Below are positions 1-12,806 of a DNA stretch of 64,000 nucleotides, in pieces. Source of the stretch: Octopus bimaculoides (taxonomy: Eukaryota). The notes below the pieces were generated by a model, which was given only the letters and a program-made list of their open reading frames with translations, made no database searches and was not told the origin of the DNA. The stretch lies in contig NC_068988.1 of assembly GCF_001194135.2 (NCBI RefSeq), positions 32,193,674 through 32,257,673 of the forward strand, in the 5' to 3' direction. Each line of letters opens with the position of its first letter. Position 1 is the stretch's first letter. A program made the position numbers and the translations under genes.

Positions 1-90
<90 letters not shown>
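1..90. repeat. (TAT)n/(ATA)n microsatellite forming the 3' tail or target of the adjacent minus-strand R4/Dong-like element
   Basis: Pure TAT run from base 1 to 90, directly abutting the 3' UTR of the element at 91-1190. Confidence 0.95.
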
Positions 91-1190
91 CATCATTGCT
101 TTTGCACAGCTTCTAACGCTTGAGATGTACTAAGGTATCAGCTGTTCTCTATCAGTAAATTAAGGTAACACCTCTTATTTTTCGAGCACCTTCCGGAGTA
201 TTCGAACGGTTCCAAGCAGTGCTGATTTTTGCAAGTGCTCAACCCTTATTGGCGCCCCTATTTTTTCCATGAATTTCTCAAGATTTTTGCTCACTGTTCT
301 CGGGATCCAACAATTATTGGTACCACTACTACTATTTTCATCGACCACATCTGCTTTACCTTCCAAGCTAACCCGTCGATATCTATCGACGTTTCTTTCT
401 TCCTTATCGCTACCATGTTGTCAGATGGACATGCTATATCTATGATCCAGTATAGTTTGTTTTCTTTCCCAATTATGACTATGTCTAGCTTCCGCTTCTG
501 TATCTCATGGTCGAACTGAATCATGAAATCCCATAGGATCTTTGCGGTATCATTTTCAATGATGCATTCGGGTTTGTGCTCGTACTAATTGTTTTCCCTG
601 TCAAGTCCATACTTGTTGCAAAATGACCAATAGACAAACCATGCTATATTGTTATGACGTCTCTTATATTCATTCTGGGTTAGTGGCGTACATTGACTCT
701 TAACATGCCATACGGTTTCACCATTTATTCCACACAGTCTACACTTATCATTTTCTGATGTGTTGTCTACTCTGTATTTTATGTAGTTTGTTCTTGTTCT
801 TAGGGGCAGTAGAGATTAGAGCCTCCGTTTCCGGTTTTAAATCACTTTTAGTCATCCACAGCCACCTTTTTTCTCTGTATTTTTCATCTTCTACGTCCCT
901 ATGAAATTGTCCATGTATTCTTTTCTTTACCCATCTATTTTCAGTTTCATTCATTTTCAATTGCTTGTACAGTGCTTTATCTGTACAATCTTTCATCCTA
1001 CACAAGCTTGGCCCTCTTTCAATGATTTTGACCATCTGGTAATGGGTTGACTTCCCTGTCAACTACCTCTTCATTTTTCATTACTAATATTGCACACTTT
1101 TCTATGCCAAATTCCATACATATATCATTGCTGAAGAATCTTACAGTTTGTATATAGGAAGCTATTTTCTTTTTATTCTTACTAGAATGC
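91..1190 (-). mobile_element. R4/Dong-clade non-LTR retrotransposon, 3' part (RT tail, CCHC zinc knuckle, restriction-like endonuclease), degenerate and internally deleted
   Basis: Minus-strand peptides: MEFGIEKCAILVM (late RT); W-KKRIHGQFHRD...WLWMTKSDLKPETEALI; CRLCGINGETVWHVKSQC...YKRRHNNIA (CCHC knuckle); RKLDIVII...IIDIACPSD (PD-D endonuclease); EHLQKSALLGTVRILRKVLEK-stop. Frameshifts are present and a TAA tail follows. Confidence 0.9.
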
Positions 1191-1547
1191 TTCTGATGTT
1201 TAATTTTTCCTTTACTATTTCTGAACTAATACTCTGCCTTTACCTTCCTTAATACTAAACTCGGGGTGGGGAGATCAAACGTAAGACAAATATTACAGGG
1301 GATAACAGGTCTCTACGGAACATTTCTATCTTGACATTAACTTGCCCCGAGACTGTGTAACCTGAGGAGAGATTTACTTTCCATTACTTTAAGCTAAACT
1401 TAATTTAATCGCTTATGTTGTCTGTAATACTGAATGCACTCACTTATCTATGAGTGTGGAATCATGTCATAATATTTCTTTTAATCTATCCATGCTATTG
1501 TTAAAATTTTCTTTCTGACTCTTACTTAATTTAGAATTGCTTTCCAC

Positions 1548-1649
1548 TTCTATATTTAAGAGATGAGGAATTATGTACATTATTTACATTTCTAAATAAT
1601 GTAAGTAATGTAAATAATGTACATAATTCCTCGTCTCTCAAATATAGAA
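1548..1649. repeat. 43-bp inverted repeat (41/43 match, 16-bp spacer) at the 5' end of a Penelope-like element
   Basis: 1548-1590 ttctatatttaagagatgaggaattatgtacattatttacatt versus 1607-1649 aatgtaaataatgtacataattcctcgtctctcaaatatagaa. Confidence 0.9.
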
Positions 1650-2529
1650 CTGTATTATCTAATCGGTACGGAGCCGACATTAGACTTCAATGGAGACATA
1701 TAGAGAAACTCTATAATAAAACTAGTTCGCCTTTCAAATCATTTAATTTCCCTGTGTAGATGTAGAGACTGAAAGCTAAAATCACCTCACTTGAATATAA
1801 TAACACCAGTGGATACATATAAAGCTAGAAAAGTAGCGGAAAGTGCGGGATTGCCGTCGTCCATGAGATGATGCGTTACAACCGTTGGTAAAAAAAAACG
1901 TCAACTAAATAACGTGATCAAAGAGAGGTTATCTTCATTACTTAGGAAAATAATCAGAGATAATGATAAAAAATGAATCCAACAAGATCTAGAAATGTTG
2001 CACATGAAAGAATTTGAAATGGTGAAGACACGCCAATTTAAGAAGTTTATGAAACTCAAAGGTCAGAGAATGAAGATTGAAGTCCATCACCCACCCGTGA
2101 AAGTAGTAATTAATGTAAGTAGCCGACATCTGGAAAGCTCTGAAGAAGCCGTACTAAACAAAGGTCTCACCTTTGCGACAACCATCAAGCGCATTCCATA
2201 TTTGGACATAATAGCCCCTATTTAAGAGATAACCGTAAAATATCTCAGGGACATGAACTAAGGTGGAAAGTGTCACAAGTACTAGAACAAACGCAACTTC
2301 CGAAACCAAACATCACTAAGGAAGAAAAGTTCGCTGTCAAAAGACTACAGAATGACAATTCCATGATAACACTTCCGGCGGGCAAGGGAAATGCTACAGT
2401 GGTGATGAACAAGTCTGACTTGGAAGTCTTATAAGTGATGGTAGCTACAGCAAAGTAAAGAAACATCCAACTCTGAAAACAGACAAGACGTTGTCACAGA
2501 TCTTGGTCAAGAACAAGGATAAAGTAATC

Positions 2530-2530
<1 letters not shown>
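1607..2530 (+). mobile_element. Penelope-like element (PLE), 5' part of the ORF up to the start of the RT, degenerate
   Basis: Peptides RYGADIRLQWRHIEKL..KLVRLSNHLISLCRCRD; VINVSSRHLESSEEAVLNKGLTFA; ELRWKVSQVLEQTQLPKPNITKEEKFAVKRLQNDNSMITLPAGKGNATVVMNKSD. These match the PLE pre-RT pattern (VINLS..LT..E..VL.KGLNF; PNIT.EE..AL..L..D..I.I.PADKG...VVM). Confidence 0.85.
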
Positions 2531-3131
<601 letters not shown>

Positions 3132-3218
3132 ACAGCAAACCACAGCACATGCCCAAGGTGCACAGAGCTGCGCTCGGTAGTGAAGTGAAAGCACGTTATA
3201 AAAATAAAACTACTGAAC
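3132..3218 (+). mobile_element. Short insert between two TAA tracts, probably the extreme 3' UTR of another TAA-tailed non-LTR family
   Basis: Unique 87-bp segment (acagcaaaccacagcac...aaaataaaactactgaac) bounded on both sides by (TAA)n. The family assignment is inferred. Confidence 0.5.
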
Positions 3219-3244
3219 AATAATAATAATAATGATAATAATAA

Positions 3245-3710
3245 CCTACCAAAATCTGAGCAGGTGTAACGATCTGGAAATAGAAATTGACAAAATGTGG
3301 AACCTCAAGATAAAAACAATACCTGTTTCCATAAATGCCCTAGGAATGACACCAGAAGATGCTGATTGCTAGCTATCCCAGATATCAGGAAATACAAATA
3401 TGGAAGAAATTTAAACCTATTGCTGCTTATATCTTACGAAAAATGTTGTCCATGTAATCCCCAAAATATTTAATATGTGAACAGTGCCAAAATACTTTTA
3501 AATTTACATAATAGCCAACACGGAAGTGTGATATAATGATGACAGTAAAATTTCTAGTTTTCTCAGACATTCTCAAGAACAATAATTTGTGCAAAACCAA
3601 GAATATCGAAACCTAGTCATAACACCAACTTGATCTTCTAACTTGTTGCGTTCAACTTGTACAAATACAATGCAAACGCCAAACATATCATAATACTAAT
3701 AATCATAATA
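3245..3710 (+). mobile_element. R4/Dong-like 3'-end element, copy A (endonuclease tail, 3' UTR, short TAA tail)
   Basis: KLSRCNDLEIEIDKMWNLKIKTIPVSINALGM...AYILRKMLSM-stop. Aligns along its length with 25657-26193. Confidence 0.85.
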
Positions 3711-4957
3711 TACACACATATATACGTAAATACACACACATATACACACACACACATACACACATACACACACATATATATATATATATTTAGTGCTACG
3801 AAATTTATTTTCAAAGGCAGCCACTGTATGTATATGTACACCCAAATACCAATACACGTATTTGAAATACACACTGTGTGCTCTTTTAATCGAGACAAAT
3901 ATAAAGCACACAAAGAAAAGTAAGAATGCGTTTCTACCTATGTTCAATTATAAACTTAGAGGACTTATAGGGCAATGAGATTGATGCTTCATAACTGGTC
4001 TTCACTAACATACGCTAAAGGAAATGATGAAGTGAAGCGACAAAAAGCGCTATATCCATATTTCGATACTGCAAACTATTTAATTTACATGATGCATTAC
4101 ACATTCTGATGAATGAATTATTCCAACTATGCCTGCGATTGATTACATGTATAATTTTGTCTTATAACATTCAATGTTGGGCTACATATGCAACAACAAC
4201 ATAAATGCTGACCTGTAAACGTATATGAAATAATAATAGTTTGTCACACTAACGTTTTGTATAACAATGCTAACTGTTTATAGACCGCTTGTATAAACAT
4301 GAAAAGCAAGAAAAATTGAAAGACTAATACTAAATTGTCAATAACATCGACTCTGACATGAATCGTCTATTGTAAGTTATATTCAGCATTTGGTAATTAA
4401 CGTCAAAGTAAATTCAATATGGCGCCTGCTACTCATTATTCTACTCTAAACTTTCAGTTCAGTCCGTGTCTTTGTAAAGCATTATAGGCTTATCTCCCTT
4501 GCACATTTATTTGCATTGGAAAGCCGCGTAACACCGCTCGGCAGGAGATTTGAAGAGGATTATTCAAAACAACGGGACAGAAAGAAAAACAGCATTTCAC
4601 CAATAAATTCAGATAAATGACACGCGCATTATTTTCGATGGCTAAATACATTTTTTTTCTCATCTGGTTTTCCTTTATCCTAACAATTACAAACGCATTC
4701 TTATTGAGCTTTCAGTCTCCAACCGCATAAATATTTCTATCTCCTCATGGTTTTACCTAATACAAACTCGGTCTGAAATAAGAAGAGGTTTTATAAGATT
4801 TATTTGCATAATATTATTGAATGTAGATATTTATTTCTAAAATATATTATACATACAGAATGCATACATATATATATATACTCAAANNNNNNNNNNNNNN
4901 NNNNNNNNNNNNNNNNNNNNNNNNNNNNNNNNNNNNNNNNNNNNNNNNNNNNNNNNN

Positions 4958-5024
<67 letters not shown>

Positions 5025-6280
5025 GTATGTGTGTCTATGTCTGTATATATGTATGTATGTGAATATTATATATATGGTGTGTGTATGTATTAGAGAGTTT
5101 ATAAGTGCGTGTGTGCATATACGTATATATTTCTGCATGTTTGTAGGTATATATATATATATATATATAGGGTTTAAAGTGCCCATAATCTCTGTGTTAT
5201 ATCCAATAATTGCTTTTCAAATCCCCAACGTGTCACCGAGTAACAACCGACAGGCCATTACAAAAATTCAACAACTATCAAATAAAACTTTTTATTGACG
5301 TTCAGACCTGGCGTTTCAACGTAGAGAATATCGTAACTATTATTATGTTGTTTTGTTTTCTAATGGGTACGATAAATTTGCTAATTTTATTTCATTTTGC
5401 ATAAAGCTGTGGTTGAGTTTAAGTCAAAAATGTAAAAAAAGATTTTTAATGAATTTTTCGGGTCGTAAATCATCCTTCATATATTTTATTATATAATATT
5501 ATTTTTAATTCATAAAGCCAAAATTAATTTATTTTTCATTTAGATTACAATAACTATTATATGCATAAAATATTTAAGGTAGGATTTGTGGCTTAAGGAT
5601 TGTTTTAAATAGTGTGACTATGTGCTATATTGCATTTCGCAGTATGCGTGGTATCTTCTGTATAGCGTAGAGGTGACTAGTAATTTGTGACCAAAATAAA
5701 ATAAATTTAAACTATGTAGAATATCTTTTCATTACACACACATTCATGATTATCCGACGTCTCATGTCTTCGATAACAAGACTCAGTTATCAGAGGAATA
5801 AATGTGTATGTGATTAACAATTTCAGAAACGGCTATATTTAAATAAATTTTCAGGGAGAAGCAGCTCGGAAAACAGTGCATTCAAATTGTAAATGCAATT
5901 CATGAAATTGTTATCTAATAGTTGGCTATTATCTTCGCCTGTTCCCCTACCTCAAAAAACAACACCCTTTCTTTAATTTTTTTTTCGACAGAAACGCTCC
6001 TTTTCGTCTACGGGGAATACGATTCTGCAAGAAAACGAGCAAAAATCGACAGTTCTAAATTACTCTTACCCCCACCCCAATTTTTTCTTCATTTTCAACT
6101 GTTTTCAGAATTGTTTTTTTCAATATATGCGGAAAAATACGGGGGTTATGATTCTGAAAAACATTTTCAAAAATCTTTTTAAAGTGCGTTTTTAAGAAAT
6201 TTTTTTTTCTAAATATGCGGGAAAATACGAACGTTATGATTCGGACAAACATTTCGAAACATTTCTGTACGTACGGTTAC

Positions 6281-6511
6281 GGTTTTAGGGTTAGGGTTAG
6301 GGTTAGGGTTAGGGTTTAAGGGTTAGGGTTAGGGCTTTAGGGTTAGGGTTAGGGTTTTAGGGTTAGGGTTAGGGTTTCAAGGTTAGGGTTTTAGGGCTAG
6401 GGTCAGGGTTTAAGGGTTAGGGTTAGGGCTTTAGGGTTAGGGTTAGGGCTTAGGGTTAGGGCTAGGGTTTTAGAGTGAAGGTTAGGGTTAGGGCTAAGGT
6501 TTTAGGGTTAG
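6281..6511 (+). repeat. Interstitial degenerate (TTAGGG)n telomere-like array
   Basis: About 230 bp of TTAGGG with variants (TTTTAGGG, CTAGGG, TTAAGGG) and an exact 44-bp internal duplication (6311-6354 = 6405-6448). Confidence 0.9.
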
Positions 6512-7069
6512 TTTGAATGAGAAACTGTAACTAAGGATGAAGATAATTAACTCCACAAAGAGCTGAATGAAGAGATACAACATAATGAAAGTTTTGGCTG
6601 TCTGTCATCCTGTAGTCCCCTTGTTGCTGTGTGAGCAACTGATTATTTTAATGGTGGAACAAAGAGGCGATTTGCATTAGAAAAAGTTTTAATCGATTTT
6701 CTCGGTACGTATGTATGTGTGCTAGTAAAATAATAGAAGTGGCATTAATTAGTCGATGTTAAGATTTGCTTTAAAAGTTAGAAAATATTTGACATTACAA
6801 TCATCACTATAAAATGAAGCTGTAAGAATTTATGGGGAAATTGTATGTAAGAAATAAAGCAGAAATGGTTTGTAACTGTACTGCGAAAGTTCTGCAACTT
6901 ACTAGCATACGTATCAAATTTAAGAAAAGTGAAGATAAAAGCTAAGTAGCAATGTATGGAATAAGTCATTGTTATACACTTATAGAAAAAATAGACACGT
7001 ACCTGTTTAGAGAAGAAAATGTAGCTGAGAGCTATTGAGTAGAAATTGAAAGAAGATACATGAAATGGA

Positions 7070-7084
7070 CGTGTGTGTGTGTGT

Positions 7085-7131
<47 letters not shown>
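7070..7131. repeat. (GT)n microsatellite
   Basis: Direct reading. Confidence 0.95.
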
Positions 7132-7135
<4 letters not shown>

Positions 7136-7877
7136 TGCGGATAATTTGGCGGGAGTTTTGCAGTTTATCTCTCGAGTGGAATTGTGAATTTGTCTGTAGT
7201 AGCAATGGCCGGACAATTGAAAATATTTTCATATGTGATTGGGGAAAAAAAGGGATCTTTTGAAGTCGGCGTGAAAGGAAAAATTGACAGAGAGATTGCG
7301 GTTGTATGAGTGAAGTTCTTTTGAGTTGCGTGAGATGGAAGAATTGATGTGCGTGCGTGTGGGTGTTTGTGTTTGTGAGTGTGCGTTTGTGTTTGATGGA
7401 GTGTGCGAGACAGAATATGTGGTGTGTATATTAATTGCTTTTGTGAGTGTGTGAAGAGACAGAGAGAGTAATGTGGACGGTGTGTGTGTGTGTATGAGAG
7501 AGAGAGAGAGAGAAAGAGAAAGAGGGAGAGAGATAACTGAAATTTACATTCAGTTTTTGTAGTGAGTGATTGACAGAGAGATATAGAGAGTGGTTATATA
7601 TGCATTATGTATGTATGTATGTATGTATGAATGGCTTCAATGGCACACACTCACACACGCTGTTTTAATCGATTTTCTCGGTAAATATGTGGACTAGGAA
7701 AAAATGCAAACCGAATTCCAATCTATGTACCGTCTCCACATGTGTGTCATTTTTCACTCGAATTCACCCAGCCGTCTGGCTGTGAACCTGAAGACAAGAA
7801 GGAATACAACGATCGCGTATGTCAAATTTATATTATAGATATACATATATAATGTAACAATCTAAGGGAGAGAGTAT

Positions 7878-7990
7878 ATAAGTGATAGCCTTACAAAAAA
7901 TAAGTCCAGGGTTAGATTTCTTTCGATAAAGGTGTCGTTCCAGCATGGTCGCAGTCAAAAGGCTGAAACAAGTGAAAGAATAGAAGGATA
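7878..7990 (+). mobile_element. 3' end of a tRNA-derived SINE (same family as 35168-35842, inferred)
   Basis: ccttacaaaaaataagtccaggg...ttccagcatggtcgcagtcaaaaggctgaaacaagtgaaagaatagaag resembles the recalled 3' tail of an abundant octopus SINE. Confidence 0.6.
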
Positions 7991-8028
7991 CAGAATACAG
8001 AAATGTAAATAGGTATTATGTAGGTATG

Positions 8029-8097
8029 TTCAAGGTGCCGCGGAGTGGGATTGAATCCAGAACCGTGTGATTTGGAAACAAGCTTCTTGACACAGCC
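8029..8097 (-). mobile_element. tRNA-derived SINE 5' head fragment
   Basis: The reverse complement aligns with the head at 35175-35240 (ggctgtgt...aag..gcttg...ggttc.gg.ttca.tcccact.cg.ggcacc). Confidence 0.7.
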
Positions 8098-8153
8098 TTA
8101 AATAAAATTTTGTTGGTAGAGTATATCATCCAATATTCCCTGCTCTTTCCCGC

Positions 8154-8217
<64 letters not shown>

Positions 8218-8433
8218 CATATAAAGTAACAAACCGAGGAAGTAAGTTCCTTCAAATAGGTGTGTTAAACATCCAGTTGACACGTGTGTCAGTTGAATAA
8301 CATATAAATATGGGTATAATACAATTCCAAAGATAAATCAAATAGAGAGATACTATTGACAATCCATTAATTTACTTATATTATATCAGTCTATTATAAT
8401 ATTACATGATATACATATATACAATAACAGTTC

Positions 8434-8464
<31 letters not shown>

Positions 8465-9019
8465 AGCCACTTCAGAGTCATGGTTTAAAGATAGACAAAA
8501 TTCCGTGTGAAACGACGGGTGGATTGTAAAAATTAATTCAAATGTCTATGTATTATGAAATGACAATTGTAATTAAATAACAAAAAAAAACACTCTAACG
8601 GCCGATACAACCAAGTAAGTGCAATCTACAACCATCGAAATTCACTTCATTACATCTCAAACACATACCATTCGAAACCTGTTCATGACCAGGAGAGTCC
8701 CTCGTCACAACAACATACAGCAATAAGATAGGTGTGTATATATATGCATATAATTAAGTATCTAAATCTTTCCCTGTCTAGAACTGCAACAAAAATATAT
8801 AAACAATTACATCATCAATGCAACAATTCTTGTATTTAAATTAATTAATATTTAAAATATTGTTTAAATTAACTAATAATAATCGTTTATCTTATTGGTT
8901 CTTTTAATAATAGTTCATGTTATACAATATTATGTATATGAAAGTGGTGGATAGGAAAATGAATAGCCATTCTCTCTCTCTTTTACTCTACCCATCTTTC
9001 TATCTGTCTTACTATCAAT

Positions 9020-9020
9020 A

Positions 9021-9075
<55 letters not shown>
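9020..9075. repeat. (ATCT)n microsatellite
   Basis: Direct reading. Similar ATCT/AGAT runs occur at ~19710-19778, 60620-60660 and 61560-61590. Confidence 0.9.
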
Positions 9076-9077
<2 letters not shown>

Positions 9078-9489
9078 GTCTGACTGTCTGTCTGGATGTC
9101 TGGATGTCTATCTATCTGCTTATCCATGTTCCATTGTCTCAATAGCCTCACCCCACAAAACAAAACAAAATCAATGTTCTCTTATTTCAAAAACCCCCCA
9201 AAAAAACATGTTTTAAATAAATAAGCAAGATTTCTGTATTTTCACAGAATTATATTTGACAAGTTCGAAAGACGAACGAAAGCGTTAATATGGAAATGAA
9301 TGTATAAAATAAATGAAAGCAGTTTTTTCCAAAATTCTGACGACATCTTTTTTTCAAAATTTAATTGTGCACATCACACCTAACACTCTACACATACATA
9401 TATACATATATACACATATGCGTCTGTTTATACATACACGTTTATGCATATATATACATGCATATATACGTGCATATATATGCATATCA

Positions 9490-9655
9490 CCCACTAATCC
9501 TTTTCTATTTTCTATCCCTGTTTATTTCTGTGTTCCTTTCTGTAGAAGAGCGTAGGCTCGAAACGTAAAAGACTTTCTCACTTTCTGATCGTTAGACAAA
9601 TACATCTGTGTTCGGGTTTTGATTTTTTAAAATCTTTTTCTATAAATTCTAACTA
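9490..9655 (+). mobile_element. Penelope-type terminal repeat remnant containing a hammerhead-like motif (9536-9571)
   Basis: CTTT-CTGTAGA-A-GAG-CGTAGG-CTC-GAAA-CG-TA-AAAG. Related copies at 50290-50425 and 59728-59826. Confidence 0.65.
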
Positions 9656-10924
9656 TATATGTATACATACATATATATGCATATGTATGTATATATGTGT
9701 GTATTTGTATATACACACATAGCGACGTATATATTTAGATATATGTGTGTGCTGTGTATGTATACATGCACAATACATATATGTATATACATACATATAT
9801 ATACATATATATATATANNNNNNNNNNATATATATATATACATATATATATATATAAATATATACATATATATGTGTGTGCATGTGTTGTGTATGTATGC
9901 ATATACATTTATACAAATATATACATGCATAGATACGTGCATACGTTCAAGAACACACACATATACATGTATATATACACATATATATATGGGTGTGTGT
10001 GTGTCTGTGTATGTGCATGTGATCATGAAGTGCATCATGTTCATCTTACTCTACACACATTTGTGAATATGTAACTCAATATGTATGTATATATTGAATT
10101 TGTAAGCTATAACACCATATTTCAACTAAAAAATACGTGTCTTAAATATATACGATATTCCCGTTCATTCTTCACTATATATAGTTACTTTCTGTTAATT
10201 TTTATTCCTTGAGATAATTTATAATACATTTATTTTGTTCATGTGAATTATTTTTGTTTATAAGTCTTGTGAAACAAACAGATTGACAGCTACGTATAAA
10301 ACACATTGTAAATTCTTGNNNNNNNNNNNNNNNNNNNNNNNNNNNNNNNNNNNNNNNNNNNNNNNNNNNNNNNNNNNNNNNNNNNNNNNNNNNNNNNNNN
10401 NNNNNNNNNNNNNNNNNNNNNNNNNNNNNNNNNNNNNNNNNNNNNNNNNNNNNNNNNNNNNNNNNNNNNNNNNNNNNNNNNNNNNNNNNNNNNNNNNNNN
10501 NNNNNNNNNNNNNNNNNNNNNNNNNNNNNNNNNNNNNNNNNNNNNNNNNNNNNNNNNNNNNNNNNNNNNNNNNNNNNNNNNNNNNNNNNNNNNNNNNNNN
10601 NNNNNNNNNNNNNNNNNNNNNNNNNNNNNNNNNNNNNNNNNNNNNNNNNNNNNNNNNNNNNNNNNNNNNNNNNNNNNNNNNNNNNNNNNNNNNNNNNNNN
10701 NNNNNNNNNNNNNNNNNNNNNNNNNNNNNNNNNNNNNNNNNNNNNNNNNNNNNNNNNNNNNNNNNNNNNNNNNNNNNNNNNNNNNNNNNNNNNNNNNNNN
10801 NNNNNNNNNNNNNNNNNNNNNNNNNNNNNNNNNNNNNNNNNNNNNNNNNNNNNNNNNNNNNNNNNNNNNNNNNNNNNNNNNNNNNNNNNNNNNNNNNNNN
10901 NNNNNNNNNNNNATATATATATAC

Positions 10925-10959
<35 letters not shown>

Positions 10960-11107
10960 TATATATACAGACATATATAGATACATAAAATCGTGTGCGT
11001 GTATAAATATGTATATATATATGTGTGTGTGTATATATACACATATAAGTATATCATTGTGTGTATATATATGTATATATATATTTATATATATGTATAT
11101 ATATATA

Positions 11108-11140
<33 letters not shown>

Positions 11141-12023
11141 ATATATATATAATTGTTATGTTCTTTCATTTATAAAACTGAATACGAACCATATTTAATG
11201 TATTTGTACTCAATATTGAAATGTTATTTTCTGTCAGACTGACGAAATTAAATTTCAGGGGAAGAAAATGAAGAAAAAATGCATGATGAATTATAGACCG
11301 GCTTGCAGTTTGAAATGGAAAGAAAAGCAGCTACTCGCACGTCTAAAATATAAATGAATAAACAACTACATCAACACTAACATATAATGCTCATTTTAGT
11401 AGCCATATTCGAATGATATATGGCGAATTATCCTACAAGTAATTTGATTTCGGAGTGTATTCCGGATTTTGTCGAAATTCCTAGCTTGAAAATTTCAATA
11501 GAGTAACAGAAAACTACACAGCCAGAAAAGAAAATAACTCTTTCTTATCTTTTCAATTTTAATATCCTTATATAAAAGTAAAAGGCAATTTCTTGTTTTA
11601 TTTATATTAATTTTTTTTATTTTGTGGAAACAAGCCTTTGATCCTCCATACTCCATGGTTTCGATCTATATATTTTTCTTAGTCTTATTTTTTCGTTTCT
11701 TTGTATCTTTCATATCTACACCTACACTATTATCATATTTCCTGTTTGATTCGTGATATTTATGGATTTCCTTCTCGTTCTGGCACAGTTATTGCTTACA
11801 ACAGCATTGCTCTCGATAATGTCTTTATTATCATCATTTTCATCGGCTATCACCGATGTCGTAGTGAAACCCGTCCTCATCCCTTTCTTCTTCTTCTCCT
11901 CCTCCTCCTCCTCAGCTCCTCAGCTTAGTTATAATCATTAAAACTAGCATCACAACCGACAAAGTGAAACTAAACAACACCACCAATACCACCACAATCA
12001 CCACGACTAGCATGTTTACTGCT

Positions 12024-12049
12024 CTCTTCTTCTTCTTCTTCTTCTTCTT

Positions 12050-12084
<35 letters not shown>

Positions 12085-12103
12085 TCTTCTTCTTCTTTTT
12101 CTT

Positions 12104-12134
<31 letters not shown>

Positions 12135-12223
12135 TTTTTCTTCTTCTCCTTCTTCTTCCTACTTTTCTTCTTCTTCTTCTTACTTTTCTTCTTCTTCTTC
12201 TTACTTTTCTTCTTCTTCTTCTT

Positions 12224-12258
<35 letters not shown>

Positions 12259-12332
12259 TCTTCTTCTNNNNNNNNNNTCTTCTTCTTCTTACTTTTCTTC
12301 TTCTTCTTCTTACTTTTCTTCTTCTTCTTCTT

Positions 12333-12367
<35 letters not shown>

Positions 12368-12775
12368 TCTTCTTCTTACTTTTCTTCTTCTTACTTTTCT
12401 TCTTCTTCTTCTTACTTTTCTTATTCTTCTTACTTTTCTTCTTCTTCTTACTTTTCTTCTTCTTCTTACTTTTCTTCTTCTTCTTACTTTTCTTCTTCTT
12501 CTTCTTACTTTTCTTCTTCTTCTTANNNNNNNNNNTACTTTTCTTCTTCTTCTTACTTTTCTTCTTCTTCTTCTTCTTACTTTTCTTCTTCTTCTTACTT
12601 TTCTTCTTCTTCTTCTTCTTACTTTTCTTCTTCTTCTTACTTTTCTTCTTCTTCTTCTTCTTCATCTTCTTCTTACTTTTCTTCTTCTTTTTCTTCTTCT
12701 TCTTCTTCTTCTTACTTTTTCTTCTTATTCTTCTTCTTCTTCTTGCTTTTCTTCCTCTTCTTCTTCTTCTTACTT

Positions 12776-12806
<31 letters not shown>

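Noticed and set aside
4395-4620. AATATGGCG (YY1-like) and ATTTGCAT (octamer) motifs suggesting a promoter
   Set aside because: Short motifs expected by chance in 64 kb. The ATG frame stops after 22 codons and no downstream gene is supported.
6281-6511. True telomere or chromosome end
   Set aside because: Short, degenerate and flanked by ordinary sequence on both sides.
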